Positions 20,176 to 29,705 of a stretch of 64,000 nucleotides of DNA are shown piece after piece. Origin of the DNA: a bacterium (lineage in GTDB: Bacteria > UBA8248). Numbering within the stretch: the first letter of the stretch is position 1; each line of letters begins with the position of its first letter. The DNA lies in the NCBI GenBank assembly GCA_965199855.1, contig OZ241326.1:2464001-2528000 (forward strand), written 5' to 3'. The notes under the pieces are model-generated. The model searched no databases. It saw only the letters and a program-made list of their open reading frames with translations, and had not been told where the DNA came from. The translations under genes and the position numbers were made by a program.

Positions 20176-20194
20176 GGCTTCCGGCGGCCGAGCC

Positions 20195-20653
20195 TCATGC
20201 GGCGGGGTCTTTCGGCCCGAGCGCGCCCCAGGAGGCGGCGCGCCCGGGCGTTATCTCTATCATCCACCTGTGGAGTTCGATATCCCCCCGATACTGCGCG
20301 TATTTCTCCCTCAACGCCTCCGCCGCCGCGTCGTAGGCGGCGTCCGTCTCCGCGTGGATGACGGCGGCGCTTCCGAAGACGATCACGAAGCCCAGGTTCG
20401 CCCAGTCGTCCTCGTAATGATCCACTAGGAACGCGACCTTCCCGTTCTCGCGGACGTTGTCGAGCCGCTTGAGACGCTCGGCGTCCTTCTTCTGCTTGCC
20501 GTCCACGGGAACGTATATCTTTCCGTTCGCCACGGCGAACACCACGGGCACGACGTGGGGCGCGCCCTGGCTGTCCGCCGTCGCCAGCCGCGCCGCGCGG
20601 GCGCCCTGCAGAAAGGCGCGCGCCTCGTCCGTCAACAGGGATTTCATGCTCAT
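20195..20653 (-). CDS. PPOX-class (Rv0121-like) putative F420-dependent enzyme
   Basis: ARLATAD..GAPHVVPVVFA, VDGKQK, RLDNVREN, LVDHYEDDWANL, KYAQY. Confidence 0.8.
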   Translation of the reverse strand: MSMKSLLTDEARAFLQGARAARLATADSQGAPHVVPVVFAVANGKIYVPVDGKQKKDAERLKRLDNVRENGKVAFLVDHYEDDWANLGFVIVFGSAAVIHAETDAAYDAAAEALREKYAQYRGDIELHRWMIEITPGRAASWGALGPKDPAA

Positions 20654-22203
20654 CCTCCCGCCTCGCCGTATCCCCCGCCGCCCGGCGTGATGAGCGTGAG
20701 AACGTCGCCCGGCGCCATCTCGGTGGTGACCTTCGGGTCGATTTCCTCGCCGTTGACGCGCACCTGCCCCCGCGCGCCCGCGCCGCCGCCGAACAGCCCC
20801 GGGGCGGGCGACTTCGTGCGCTCGGCCATGAACGAGACCGTGACGCGCGCCGGCGAATCGTTCCTGAGGACGATACGCTGCCCGCAGCCCCCCCGGAACC
20901 TGCCGGCCCCGCCCGAATCCCGAAGTATCGTCTTCTCCAGCAGGGTGAAGGGCGAGATGCGCTCGATGACCTCAATCGGCGTGTGCGAGACGTTGCTGGG
21001 ATAGCTCAGGCACGCATGGCCGTCTCCGCGCGCGGTGGCGCCCGTCCCCCCGTTCTGGAAGAAAAGCCCCGCCGCGCGCGCCCCCCGCCTGTCGAGTCCC
21101 GCGTAGTTCACGCACCACAGCGGCGAGCCGCTCGCCGCGGGGACGCGCTCGGGGATGACGGGAGCGAGCGCCGCGAAAACGGCGGCGGGCAGGTAATGGC
21201 CCACCAGCATCCTGCCCCCGCCGGCCGCCGGGCGCAGGGGATCGAGAATGCTGCCCGCCTCCGTTCTGACCTGGATCGGCCGGAAGCATCCCTCGTTGTT
21301 GGGAACCTCCGGGCAGAGGACGCATTTCACGGGATAGACCGAATACGCATAGGTGTAGTTGTAGGCCACGTTCAGGGCGCGATCCACCTGGGGGGAGGAG
21401 CCCGCGTAGTCGATCGCCAAGGAGTCGCCCCTCTTCTCGACCCGCGCCCTCACGCGAATCGGCTCCGCCAGACCGTCCGTCTCGACCTCCGAGCGGAATT
21501 CCCCGTCCGGCAAATCGCGCAGGGCGTCCCGCATGGCCTTCTCCGAGCGTCCCTGAATCTCCTTCGTCAGCGCGCGCAAATCCTCCAGGCCGTATTCCTC
21601 CAGTAAGGCGTCCAGCCGCTTCTCCGCCAGCCGGTTCGCCGTGATCTGGGCGTCGATGTCGCCCATCACCAGATCGGGGACGCGCACGTTGCAGCGAATG
21701 AGGTCGAGGAGCGTCCGGTCCGGCTCGCCGCGCCTGTGCATCTTCATCATGGGAATCTGGAGGCCCTCCTCATAGACCTCCCTGGGGTCGGGGGATCGGA
21801 TTTTCCCGCCGATGTCCGGCAGGTGGGCCGTGCTGGCGGAAAAGCCGATGAACTTCCCCCGGTGGAACACCGGCTTGACGATGTTCACGTCGGGCAGATG
21901 GCCGGTTCCGTGCCAGATGTCGTTGGTGACGAGGATGTCGCCGGGTTCGAGCGTCTCCGGCGGATACTTTTTCAGAAAATGGCGAACCGTGATCGGCAGG
22001 GTGCCGATGAACGAGGCGATGCTGGCGGAGGACTGCGCCAGGGAGCGGCCCCGATCGTCGGTCAGCACGCAGGAAAAATCGTTCGACTCGCGTACCAGCG
22101 TGGAAAAGGAGGTGCGCGCGAGGGTCGCCGCCGCCTCGTCCACAACGCCGATGAGCCTTCGCCAGAGCACTTCCAGCGTGATGGGGTCGAACGCCATCCT
22201 CAC
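20650..22203 (-). CDS. hyuB: Hydantoinase B / oxoprolinase subunit
   Basis: DPITLEVLW, RTSFSTLVRESNDFS, GHLPD, HLPDIGG, DSGGAGRFRGG, TPGGGGYG. Confidence 0.9.
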   Translation of the reverse strand: MRMAFDPITLEVLWRRLIGVVDEAAATLARTSFSTLVRESNDFSCVLTDDRGRSLAQSSASIASFIGTLPITVRHFLKKYPPETLEPGDILVTNDIWHGTGHLPDVNIVKPVFHRGKFIGFSASTAHLPDIGGKIRSPDPREVYEEGLQIPMMKMHRRGEPDRTLLDLIRCNVRVPDLVMGDIDAQITANRLAEKRLDALLEEYGLEDLRALTKEIQGRSEKAMRDALRDLPDGEFRSEVETDGLAEPIRVRARVEKRGDSLAIDYAGSSPQVDRALNVAYNYTYAYSVYPVKCVLCPEVPNNEGCFRPIQVRTEAGSILDPLRPAAGGGRMLVGHYLPAAVFAALAPVIPERVPAASGSPLWCVNYAGLDRRGARAAGLFFQNGGTGATARGDGHACLSYPSNVSHTPIEVIERISPFTLLEKTILRDSGGAGRFRGGCGQRIVLRNDSPARVTVSFMAERTKSPAPGLFGGGAGARGQVRVNGEEIDPKVTTEMAPGDVLTLITPGGGGYGEAGG

Positions 22204-24287
22204 CCTCCGATCTCGATGACGACGCGGCCCTCTTCATCCTTCCTGAAGCGCGTCCCCGCCGGCGCCACGATGGTGGATTCGCGCTCCTCGATGACGGCGG
22301 GGCCGGAGAATTCCCGCGCGGGCGGCAGCGCATACCGATGATAGACGGGCGCCTCCGAGAAGCCGCCCCGGGAGTCGTCGTATATCCTTCTCGCTCCCTT
22401 CCCGAAACTCCCGGCCTCGACGGGGGGCGGGACGCTCGCGGCGCGCGGGGCGGGGCCCAGCATCGTCAGCCTCCAGACGGCGACTTCCGCCGCCACGCCC
22501 TCGATCCTTCTCGAATACCGCCGCTCATACGCCCGCTCGAACAGCTCGCGCAAGGCCCCGGCGTCCCGGGCCGGAACGCCCCCCGCTCCGGGCGACGCGA
22601 CGCGCACCGTATCCGTCTGTCCCCGGTAGCGCATCTCGACCGCGCACCGGAACTCCCGGCCCTCGCCCGCGCCGACCGCATCCCCCAGGGAATCCTCCGC
22701 CTCGGCGCGCATCTGCGCGAACAATTCCTCGACGCGCGCCCAGTCGATGGCGTCCACGTCGGAGATCAGGACGCGCGCGGCGTCGGCTCTCGGTCTGGCC
22801 GCCAGAAGGCCGGCGGCCGAGGCCACGCCCACGTCCGGCGGACAGACCACCCGGCGGACGTGGAGCTTTCGCGCCATGCGGCAGGCGTGCAGGGGCGCGG
22901 CGCCGCCGGTGGCGATGAGGGCGTAGTTTCTCGGGTCTCCCCCCTTCTCGGCGATGTGCACGCGCGCCGCGCTCGCCATCTGCTCGGTGACGATCTCGTA
23001 AATTCCCCACGCCGCCGCCTCCGTGCTCATGCCCAGCCTCTCCCCCAGGGACGAGACGGCTTCGCGCGCTTTTCCCGCGTCGAGCCTCATCTCGCCGCCC
23101 AGGAAAAAATCGGGATTCAGGTAGCCGAGAAGCAGGTTCGCGTCCGTGACGGTGGGCAGCGCTCCGCCCAGGCCGTAGCAGGCGGGCCCCGGCGAGGCGC
23201 CCGCGCTGCGCGGACCGACCCGGATCAGCCCGAGCTCGCTCACCTGCGCGACGCTGCCGCCGCCCGCGCCGATTTCGACCAGATCCACCGTGGGCGAGAG
23301 AATCGGCAGACCGCTCCCCTTCTGGAACCTCGACGTCCGCGCCGCCTCGAAGCGGCTCTCCGTCGCGGGCGCTCCGTTCTCGATCAGGCATATCTTGGCC
23401 GTGGTGCCGCCCATGTCGAACCCGATCGCGCGGGCCTCGCCCAGGGACGCGGCGATTCGCGCGGCGGCCAGCGCGCCGCCGGCGGGCCCCGACTCTATGA
23501 TTCGCACCGGATGCTCCCGCGCGGCCTCGACCGCGGCGAAGCCGGCGTTCGAGAGCATGATGAAGAGCTCGCCCGTGAACCCCGCGTCCCGCAGGCTTTC
23601 GAGCAGGCGCGTCAGATAGGCGTCGGCGAGGGGGCGCGCGTAGGCGTTCGCCGCCGTCGTGGAGGTGCGTTCGTATTCGCCCGTCTCGGGGGCCACGGCG
23701 GAGGAGATGGAAACGGGGACGTCCGCTACCGCCTCAATGGCGGCGCGCGCCGCTCGTTCGTTCGCGGGGTTCGCGGGCGCGTGAAGAAAGCAGACGGCGA
23801 GCGATTCCGCCCCCAGCCGGATGAGCCTTTCCGCCTCTTTTCTCACGGCCCCGGCATCGACGGGGAGAACCAGGCGTCCCTCCGCGTCAACGCGCTCGGA
23901 GACTTCGCCCCGCAGCGCTCGCGGAATCAGGGGCGCCGGCATCTCCTGGTGGAGGTCATAGAGGTCGAAGCGCTTCTCGCGGGCGATTTCGATGACGTCG
24001 GAAAAGCCCTTCGTGGCGATGAGTCCCGCGCGCGCGCCCTTCCTCTCGATCAGCGCGTTGGTGATGAGGGTGGTGGCGTGAACGACGACGCCCACGTCCG
24101 GGGCGGCGATGCCGGCGGCTTCCAGGACGCGCGCGAAGCCCGTCATCGCGCCCCGCGCCGGGTCGTCCGGCGTGGTCAGTACCTTGGCGACGCGAACCGC
24201 GCCCCGCGCCTCATCGACCAGGGCGAGATCGGTGAACGTGCCGCCGATGTCGATTCCCAGGCGAACGCGGGGAGGGACGCCCATCAT
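22200..24287 (-). CDS. hyuA: Hydantoinase A / oxoprolinase ATP-dependent subunit
   Basis: GIDIGGTFTD, HATTLITNALIE, ESGPAGG, DMGGTT, GAGGGS, TVTDA. Confidence 0.9.
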   Translation of the reverse strand: MMGVPPRVRLGIDIGGTFTDLALVDEARGAVRVAKVLTTPDDPARGAMTGFARVLEAAGIAAPDVGVVVHATTLITNALIERKGARAGLIATKGFSDVIEIAREKRFDLYDLHQEMPAPLIPRALRGEVSERVDAEGRLVLPVDAGAVRKEAERLIRLGAESLAVCFLHAPANPANERAARAAIEAVADVPVSISSAVAPETGEYERTSTTAANAYARPLADAYLTRLLESLRDAGFTGELFIMLSNAGFAAVEAAREHPVRIIESGPAGGALAAARIAASLGEARAIGFDMGGTTAKICLIENGAPATESRFEAARTSRFQKGSGLPILSPTVDLVEIGAGGGSVAQVSELGLIRVGPRSAGASPGPACYGLGGALPTVTDANLLLGYLNPDFFLGGEMRLDAGKAREAVSSLGERLGMSTEAAAWGIYEIVTEQMASAARVHIAEKGGDPRNYALIATGGAAPLHACRMARKLHVRRVVCPPDVGVASAAGLLAARPRADAARVLISDVDAIDWARVEELFAQMRAEAEDSLGDAVGAGEGREFRCAVEMRYRGQTDTVRVASPGAGGVPARDAGALRELFERAYERRYSRRIEGVAAEVAVWRLTMLGPAPRAASVPPPVEAGSFGKGARRIYDDSRGGFSEAPVYHRYALPPAREFSGPAVIEERESTIVAPAGTRFRKDEEGRVVIEIGG

Positions 24288-25249
24288 TCAGCGTTCAGCA
24301 ACATCTCGCCGTCCCGAAGCACGGGCGCGTCGTCGAACCAGATCGAAGGCGCGCGGATGACGGCGTCGAAGTGGGTTTTGGCCTGCACTTCTCCCCCCAG
24401 GCTGGCGGAGGTTCCGACCCCGACGTGAATCGTGCCGTTCACGCCTTCGTCGTTGAGCATCTCGCCGGTGAAGTCCCGGCATTCGGGGTTCAGCCCCATG
24501 GCGAACTGCGCGACGTTATAGACCCATTCGTCGTTCTGGGAAGCCAGCAGGCCGCGCAGGAAGGCGGCCTGCCGCCCGCCCGATATCTCCCGCACGAAGC
24601 CGCCCTCGATCCGAAGCGTCACCGGCTCCTCGATTACGCCCACGCCGTAATAGGGAATGCTGCCGTCCACCACGAGCGTCCCGTTCGCCGTCCCCTCCAC
24701 GGGGGCTATGTTGGCCTCGATGTTCGGAACGGCGGTGAAGCCCGGCCCCTCGAGCACGCAGGCGTGGCTGTTGCCGGCGCGTCCCGCGACGCCCAGCGTG
24801 AGCGCGCTGCCCGCCGGATTGGCGACGCGCACCTCCCGCGCCGCGCTCAGGCGCGCGGCCACGGCGTCGCAAAGCGGCTTTCTCGCCCTGAAATCCGCCA
24901 TCAGGCCGCCCTCGCACATCTGCCGGGGGGTGAAGGCCGTCATCGATAGCACGCGCCCGCCCGCGGCCACCGCCTCGCGCACCGCCCGCGTATGGGCGAG
25001 GGCGCGGGTGACGGGGAGAAAAACCACGTCCGCCGCCCGCATCGCCTCCGCAACGGCGCGAGGCGGCTCTTCGTTGTCAATGCGCCGGGGCGGACACTCG
25101 ATTATCCTCGCCCGCGCGCCCCGCGCTTCCGCCTCGGCACGAAGCGCCTGCGCGATTTCGAGCCGCTCGGCGTCGGCGACGATCAGCGCGTCTTCCCCCC
25201 GCTTGACGCCGGCGCACTCATTGACGAGGATTCCCGCCCCTTTTTTCAT
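24284..25249 (-). CDS. M29/leucyl-aminopeptidase-like metalloprotein
   Basis: EANIAPVEGTANG, NVAQFAMGLNP, NDEGVNGTIHVGVG, THFD. Confidence 0.75.
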   Translation of the reverse strand: MKKGAGILVNECAGVKRGEDALIVADAERLEIAQALRAEAEARGARARIIECPPRRIDNEEPPRAVAEAMRAADVVFLPVTRALAHTRAVREAVAAGGRVLSMTAFTPRQMCEGGLMADFRARKPLCDAVAARLSAAREVRVANPAGSALTLGVAGRAGNSHACVLEGPGFTAVPNIEANIAPVEGTANGTLVVDGSIPYYGVGVIEEPVTLRIEGGFVREISGGRQAAFLRGLLASQNDEWVYNVAQFAMGLNPECRDFTGEMLNDEGVNGTIHVGVGTSASLGGEVQAKTHFDAVIRAPSIWFDDAPVLRDGEMLLNAE

Positions 25250-25415
25250 CCGCCGTTCATCCTTCGCGTCAGGGCGCGAGCCGATCCGGTTTTCTCCCCT
25301 CCCCCGCCCCGATGAAAGCCAAAGGGCGTGCGAGGCCGCAGGCGCGCCGTTGCCAATTCCGCCCCGCCCGTATTAAAGAAAGGATGCTCTCGACGCGCAC
25401 GGAAGGCTTCTTCGG

Positions 25416-25492
25416 CGTCATTCCCGACCGAAAAGGGGGGAACGCCGCAAACCGGGGCCGGCGGGAAAGCCCCGGCTTTCGCCGGAATGACG
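25416..25492. repeat. Degenerate CGTC-type REP dimer
   Basis: CGTCATTCCCG...CCGGCTTTCGCCGGAATGACG, with inverted termini CGTCATTCC/GGAATGACG. Confidence 0.6.
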
Positions 25493-25550
25493 CGCGTCGG
25501 GCATGGCGTCGTCTCGAAGAATCTACACGAGAGGAATGCGCGAGGCGAGC

Positions 25551-26354
25551 ATGGGCCGCGGAAGCGGCGCGAGTCGGCCATCCGGAATCGGCCGAAAGCG
25601 CCTGATGGACATCTACAATCGCCTGTATGCCCGCTTCGGCCCGCAGGAGTGGTGGCCCGGCGAGACCGCGTTCGAGGTGTGCGTGGGCGCGATTCTCGTG
25701 CAGAGCACCTCATGGGCGAACGCGGCGCGCGCGATTGCGAACCTCAAGGAAGCGGGACTCCTCACGGAGAGCGCGCTCGCGAAAGCGCGGGTGAGCCGCC
25801 TCGCCCGCCTCGTCCGTCCCGCGCGGTTCTTCAACGTGAAGGCCAGAAGAATCAAGGGGTTCGCCGCCTACCTATGCGGGCATCACGCGGGAGACATAGG
25901 GAAATTCCTGAGCCTGCCCGAGAAAGAGCTGGGCGAGACGCTCCTGAAGATGGAGGGCGTCGGGCGGGAGACGGCGGATTCCATCCTCCTCTACGCCGCC
26001 GGGCGCGCGGTGTTCGTGGTGGACGCCTACACGAAGCGCATCTTCTCGCGTCTCGGGCATTTTCAAGCGTCGGAAAACGGGGAGAAGGACTATCTCGCCC
26101 TACAGGAGGCGCTCGCCGCGCGCCTGCCCCGGGACGCCGGGCTCTTCAACGAATACCACGCCCTGCTCGTGCGGCTGGGAAACGCCTGCTGCCGCCCCCG
26201 GCCGAGGTGCGCCGAATGCCCGCTCCTGGAGATTTGCCCGCACTCCCCAGGCGACGCGCGCGCCGCAAGAAAAGCATCCGGGAAGCCCCGCCGCCTCGAC
26301 AGCCGAGGCGACGGGGCGGCCCGCGTCAGTTCTTTCGCAAGAGACACGTCCTGA
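25551..26354 (+). CDS. HhH-GPD endonuclease III-related DNA glycosylase
   Basis: GPQEWWP, GAILVQSTSW, GVGRETADSILLYA, VVDAYTKR, EYHALLV, CCRPRPRCAECPL FeS motif; start uncertain (25503-25604). Confidence 0.88.
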   Translation: MGRGSGASRPSGIGRKRLMDIYNRLYARFGPQEWWPGETAFEVCVGAILVQSTSWANAARAIANLKEAGLLTESALAKARVSRLARLVRPARFFNVKARRIKGFAAYLCGHHAGDIGKFLSLPEKELGETLLKMEGVGRETADSILLYAAGRAVFVVDAYTKRIFSRLGHFQASENGEKDYLALQEALAARLPRDAGLFNEYHALLVRLGNACCRPRPRCAECPLLEICPHSPGDARAARKASGKPRRLDSRGDGAARVSSFARDTS

Positions 26355-27402
26355 GCGATTTCGCCAGGTTGCGCATGAGGGTGAAATACGCATCCTCCCC
26401 GGCGGGAATGTGCGCCCCCAGCGGATCCAGCTCGCCGGCCCGGGCACCCGTCCCGTGGATGATGGTCGTGATCACCCCGGGCCGAAACTGCGGCTCGGAG
26501 AAGACGCATATCGATTTCGATTCTCTGATCTTCGCGCGCAGCTCCGCCAGCCGCGCGGCGCCCGGCTTTTTCTCCGGCGAGGCACTCACCGAGCCGACGG
26601 CGTTCAGCCCGTAGCGCTTCTCCAGATATTGATACGCATCGTGAAAAACGATGTAGGACGCGCCCCTCACCGGCGCGAGCGCGCCTCGCAGCTCCCGGTG
26701 CAGGCCGTCGAGCCGGGCTTTCAGACGTCGCGCGTTCGCCTCGTATTTCTCCCTGTTTCCCGGGTCGGCCTCTCCGAGTTCCCGGGCGATGACGTCCGCC
26801 CACAGACGCGCGTTCAGGGGGTCGAGCCACAGGTGGGGATCGAAGGCGTGCTCATCATCGTGATGATCCGCCTCGTCGTGGGCGCGTTTTTCCCTGTCGT
26901 GATCATGTCCGCGCTTCTCCTCGTCGTGATGATGCTTTTCTCCATGCTCGTGGCGGCCGCGCCCGGCCTTCTCGCGCTTCTCCTCGCCGTGATCATGTTT
27001 CGCCTCGTCATGGTCGTGATCGTGGGCTTCCCACAAGCCGCCCTTTCGGAACTCCAGCCTCGTAAGCCCCGCCCCTTTCGCGTCCGCCAGGGAAACGACC
27101 TTCGCCCCTTTCGGAATCACCCTGAAAGGCCGCGCCAAGGGGGGCGCGAGGACCCCGCCCACCCAGAAGATCAGACGCGCATCCTCGATGACTTTCGCGT
27201 CCGAGGGCTTCAGGGCGAAAGTATGAGGCGAGGCGGCGCCCTTCAGCAGAAGCCAAGGCTCGCCGACGCCCTTCATCACGCCCGCGACCAGCGAATGAAC
27301 AGGCTTGATGGAAGCCACCACGCGGGTCGCCGCCGAAGCCCGGTGGACAAGCGGCCCGCAAAAGACTATCAACAGGATCATGCAGGACAGAACGCGCCTC
27401 AT
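26326..27402 (-). CDS. znuA: Zinc ABC substrate-binding protein ZnuA with His-rich loop
   Basis: VVASIKPVHSLV, SPHTF, long H/D/E loop, DPHLWLDP, FHDAYQY, LDPLG. Confidence 0.93.
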   Translation of the reverse strand: MRRVLSCMILLIVFCGPLVHRASAATRVVASIKPVHSLVAGVMKGVGEPWLLLKGAASPHTFALKPSDAKVIEDARLIFWVGGVLAPPLARPFRVIPKGAKVVSLADAKGAGLTRLEFRKGGLWEAHDHDHDEAKHDHGEEKREKAGRGRHEHGEKHHHDEEKRGHDHDREKRAHDEADHHDDEHAFDPHLWLDPLNARLWADVIARELGEADPGNREKYEANARRLKARLDGLHRELRGALAPVRGASYIVFHDAYQYLEKRYGLNAVGSVSASPEKKPGAARLAELRAKIRESKSICVFSEPQFRPGVITTIIHGTGARAGELDPLGAHIPAGEDAYFTLMRNLAKSLRTCLLRKN

Positions 27403-27450
27403 CGCTTTGCTCTCCAAAAAAGTGGGAAAAGGGGTTGCGTGAACAACAAG

Positions 27451-27471
27451 TTTTGATACAATATAACATAT
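27451..27471. promoter_or_regulatory. Zur box in the divergent znuA / zur-znuCB promoter
   Basis: TTTTGATACA-A-TATAACATAT resembles the proteobacterial Zur palindrome (AATGTTATA-N-TATAACATT). Confidence 0.75.
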
Positions 27472-27495
27472 CAATCAGCCTGTCAAGGAATTTTG

Positions 27496-27981
27496 ATGAA
27501 CGCGACGCGAAAACATTTTCCCGGCCCCGCCCACGACCACCGCGCCTGCGTCGAGAACGCCTTGAAGCAGGCGGAGGCGATTTGCCGAAAGCGCGGCGCC
27601 CGGCTCACCGCGCTCAGGCGCCGGGTGCTGAAGATCATCTGGGAGAACCACGCGCCCCTGGGCGCCTACGACGCGCTCGATCGCATGAACGCCCAAGGGG
27701 AGAGAAACGCTCCGGCCACGGTCTATCGGGCGCTCGATTTTCTCCTGAAGCACGGCCTCGTCCACCGCATCGAGAGTCTCAACGCCTTCGTGGGCTGCTC
27801 CGCGCCGGCGGACGCCCACGCGGCGCAATTCCTCATCTGCCGTGCCTGCGGAAACGTGGCCGAGACGCACAACGAGCAAATCGGGGAGGCCATCAAGGCG
27901 GGCGCCGCCCAAGCGGGCTTCCAGATCGAAACGCCCGTCGTGGAAATCAGCGGGCGGTGCCCCGAATGCCGCCATGACTGA
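27496..27981 (+). CDS. zur: Fur-family zinc uptake regulator
   Basis: HDHRAC, RLTALRRRVL, PATVYRALDFL, HRIESLNAF, CxxC twice; in the znu locus. Confidence 0.92.
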   Translation: MNATRKHFPGPAHDHRACVENALKQAEAICRKRGARLTALRRRVLKIIWENHAPLGAYDALDRMNAQGERNAPATVYRALDFLLKHGLVHRIESLNAFVGCSAPADAHAAQFLICRACGNVAETHNEQIGEAIKAGAAQAGFQIETPVVEISGRCPECRHD

Positions 27982-28762
27982 CGCGCCCGCCCCCCTCGTC
28001 TCCGCCAGAAGCCTTCGCCTCCGCCTCGGCGGAGCGACGATTCTCGAAAATATCGACCTCGATATCTCCGCACGCGAGATTCTCACCCTCATCGGCCCCA
28101 ACGGCGCGGGGAAAACCACTCTCCTCCGCGTCCTGCTCGGGCTGATCGCGCCCGACTCCGGCGAGGTTCGCCGGAAGGAGGAACTCATCATCGGCTACGT
28201 CCCCCAGACCTTCGAGGTGGACGAGTCGCTTCCCCTCACCGTGCGCAGGCTGCTCACCCTCACGCAAAAGCCCTCGCGCGAGGAGATGCGGGAGCGCCTC
28301 GAGGAGACGGGCGCGGGCGATCTGCTGGATCACCCCTTCGCAAGCCTCTCGGGCGGGGAGCGGCAGCGCGTCCTGCTTGCCCGCGCCCTGCTGCGCAATC
28401 CCCGCCTCCTCGTCCTCGACGAGCCCCTCCGGGGCGTGGACATCGCCGGACAGACCGAGCTCTACCGCCTTATTGAGAGAATCAGGGACGATCGGGGCTG
28501 CGGGATACTGATGGTCTCCCACGATCTGCACTTCGTCATGGCGTCCACCGACCTCGTGGTGTGCCTCAACAGGCGCGTTTGCTGTTCGGGCCGCCCCGAA
28601 GCCGTGAGCAGGCACCCCGAATACCTCTCCCTCTTCGGCCCGCAGGCGGCGGAGAGCCTGGCCGTCTATAAGCACGCGCACAACCGCATCCATGGACCGG
28701 GAGGAGAAGTCACCCCCTTGGAATCCGCCGAGGCCCGTCCGCACGCGAACGGGAGCGTCTGA
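27974..28762 (+). CDS. znuC: Zinc ABC ATP-binding protein ZnuC
   Basis: GPNGAGKT, GYVPQ, LSGGERQR, SHDLHFVM, CCSG. Confidence 0.93.
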   Translation: MTDAPAPLVSARSLRLRLGGATILENIDLDISAREILTLIGPNGAGKTTLLRVLLGLIAPDSGEVRRKEELIIGYVPQTFEVDESLPLTVRRLLTLTQKPSREEMRERLEETGAGDLLDHPFASLSGGERQRVLLARALLRNPRLLVLDEPLRGVDIAGQTELYRLIERIRDDRGCGILMVSHDLHFVMASTDLVVCLNRRVCCSGRPEAVSRHPEYLSLFGPQAAESLAVYKHAHNRIHGPGGEVTPLESAEARPHANGSV

Positions 28763-29559
28763 TGGAGGATTTTCTGCTTCGGGGACTCCTGGGCGGGATG
28801 GGCGTGGCCGTCGTCACCGGCCCCATCGGCTGCTTCATCGTCTGGCGCAAGATGGCCTATTTCGGGGATTCGCTGGCCCACGCCGCCCTGCTCGGCATGG
28901 CGCTCGGCTTCTCCTTCGGGACGGACCTGCGGCTCGGCATCCTGGTCGCCTGCGTCAGCCTCGCCCTGTTCCTGCTCCTGCTTCAGACGCGGAAGAAACT
29001 CTCCACCGACACCCTGCTGGGCGTTCTCTCGCACGCGGCGCTCGCCTTCGGCGTCATCGCCGTCAGCCTGATGGAGATGCTTCGGGTGGACCTCATGGGC
29101 TACCTGTTCGGCGACATCCTCGCGGTCGGTCCAGCGGACCTGCTGTGGATCTACGGCGGCGGCGCAGCAGGGCTGTGCGCGCTCGCCTCGATATGGCGCA
29201 GTCTGCTGGCGGTCACGGTGAACGAGGAGCTCGCGCGCGCCGAGGGCGTTCCGGTCTTCGCCGTAAAGCTCGCCTTCATGCTCCTCATCGCCCTCGTCGT
29301 CGCGGTCGGCATGAAGCTGATCGGGATTCTGCTCATCACCTCGATGCTCATCATCCCGGCGGCGGCGGCGCGGCCGTTCTCCAGAACGCCCGAGCGGATG
29401 GCCGCGCTCGCGAGCCTGGCGGGCGCGTGCGCCGTGGGGCTCGGCATGTATGTCTCGGTTCGGTGGAACGCGCCCGCGGGGCCTTCCGTCGTCGTGGCGG
29501 CGGCCCTGCTCTTCCTTCTCAGCTTCGCGTGGAGCGCGACCGCGCGCGGGAAACCCTGA
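28762..29559 (+). CDS. znuB: Zinc ABC permease ZnuB
   Basis: GCFIVWRKMAYFGDSLAHAALLG, YLFGDIL, LIIPAAAAR. Confidence 0.93.
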   Translation: MEDFLLRGLLGGMGVAVVTGPIGCFIVWRKMAYFGDSLAHAALLGMALGFSFGTDLRLGILVACVSLALFLLLLQTRKKLSTDTLLGVLSHAALAFGVIAVSLMEMLRVDLMGYLFGDILAVGPADLLWIYGGGAAGLCALASIWRSLLAVTVNEELARAEGVPVFAVKLAFMLLIALVVAVGMKLIGILLITSMLIIPAAAARPFSRTPERMAALASLAGACAVGLGMYVSVRWNAPAGPSVVVAAALLFLLSFAWSATARGKP

Positions 29560-29705
29560 ACCCGCGCGCCGTCAAACCCCGTCCGCATTTCATCTCAAAG
29601 AGGCGAGCGCTCACTTCGCAGAGGAAGGCTACGGCCCGTCGAGCCGCGAGACGGCGCACGAAAGGTCCGCTCGGCGGCCGCAAGGTCGCCAAGCTGCGGC
29701 TTTCT

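Noticed and set aside
26850-27025. His/Asp/Glu-rich low-complexity repeat
   Set aside because: The normal His-rich loop of ZnuA; not novel.
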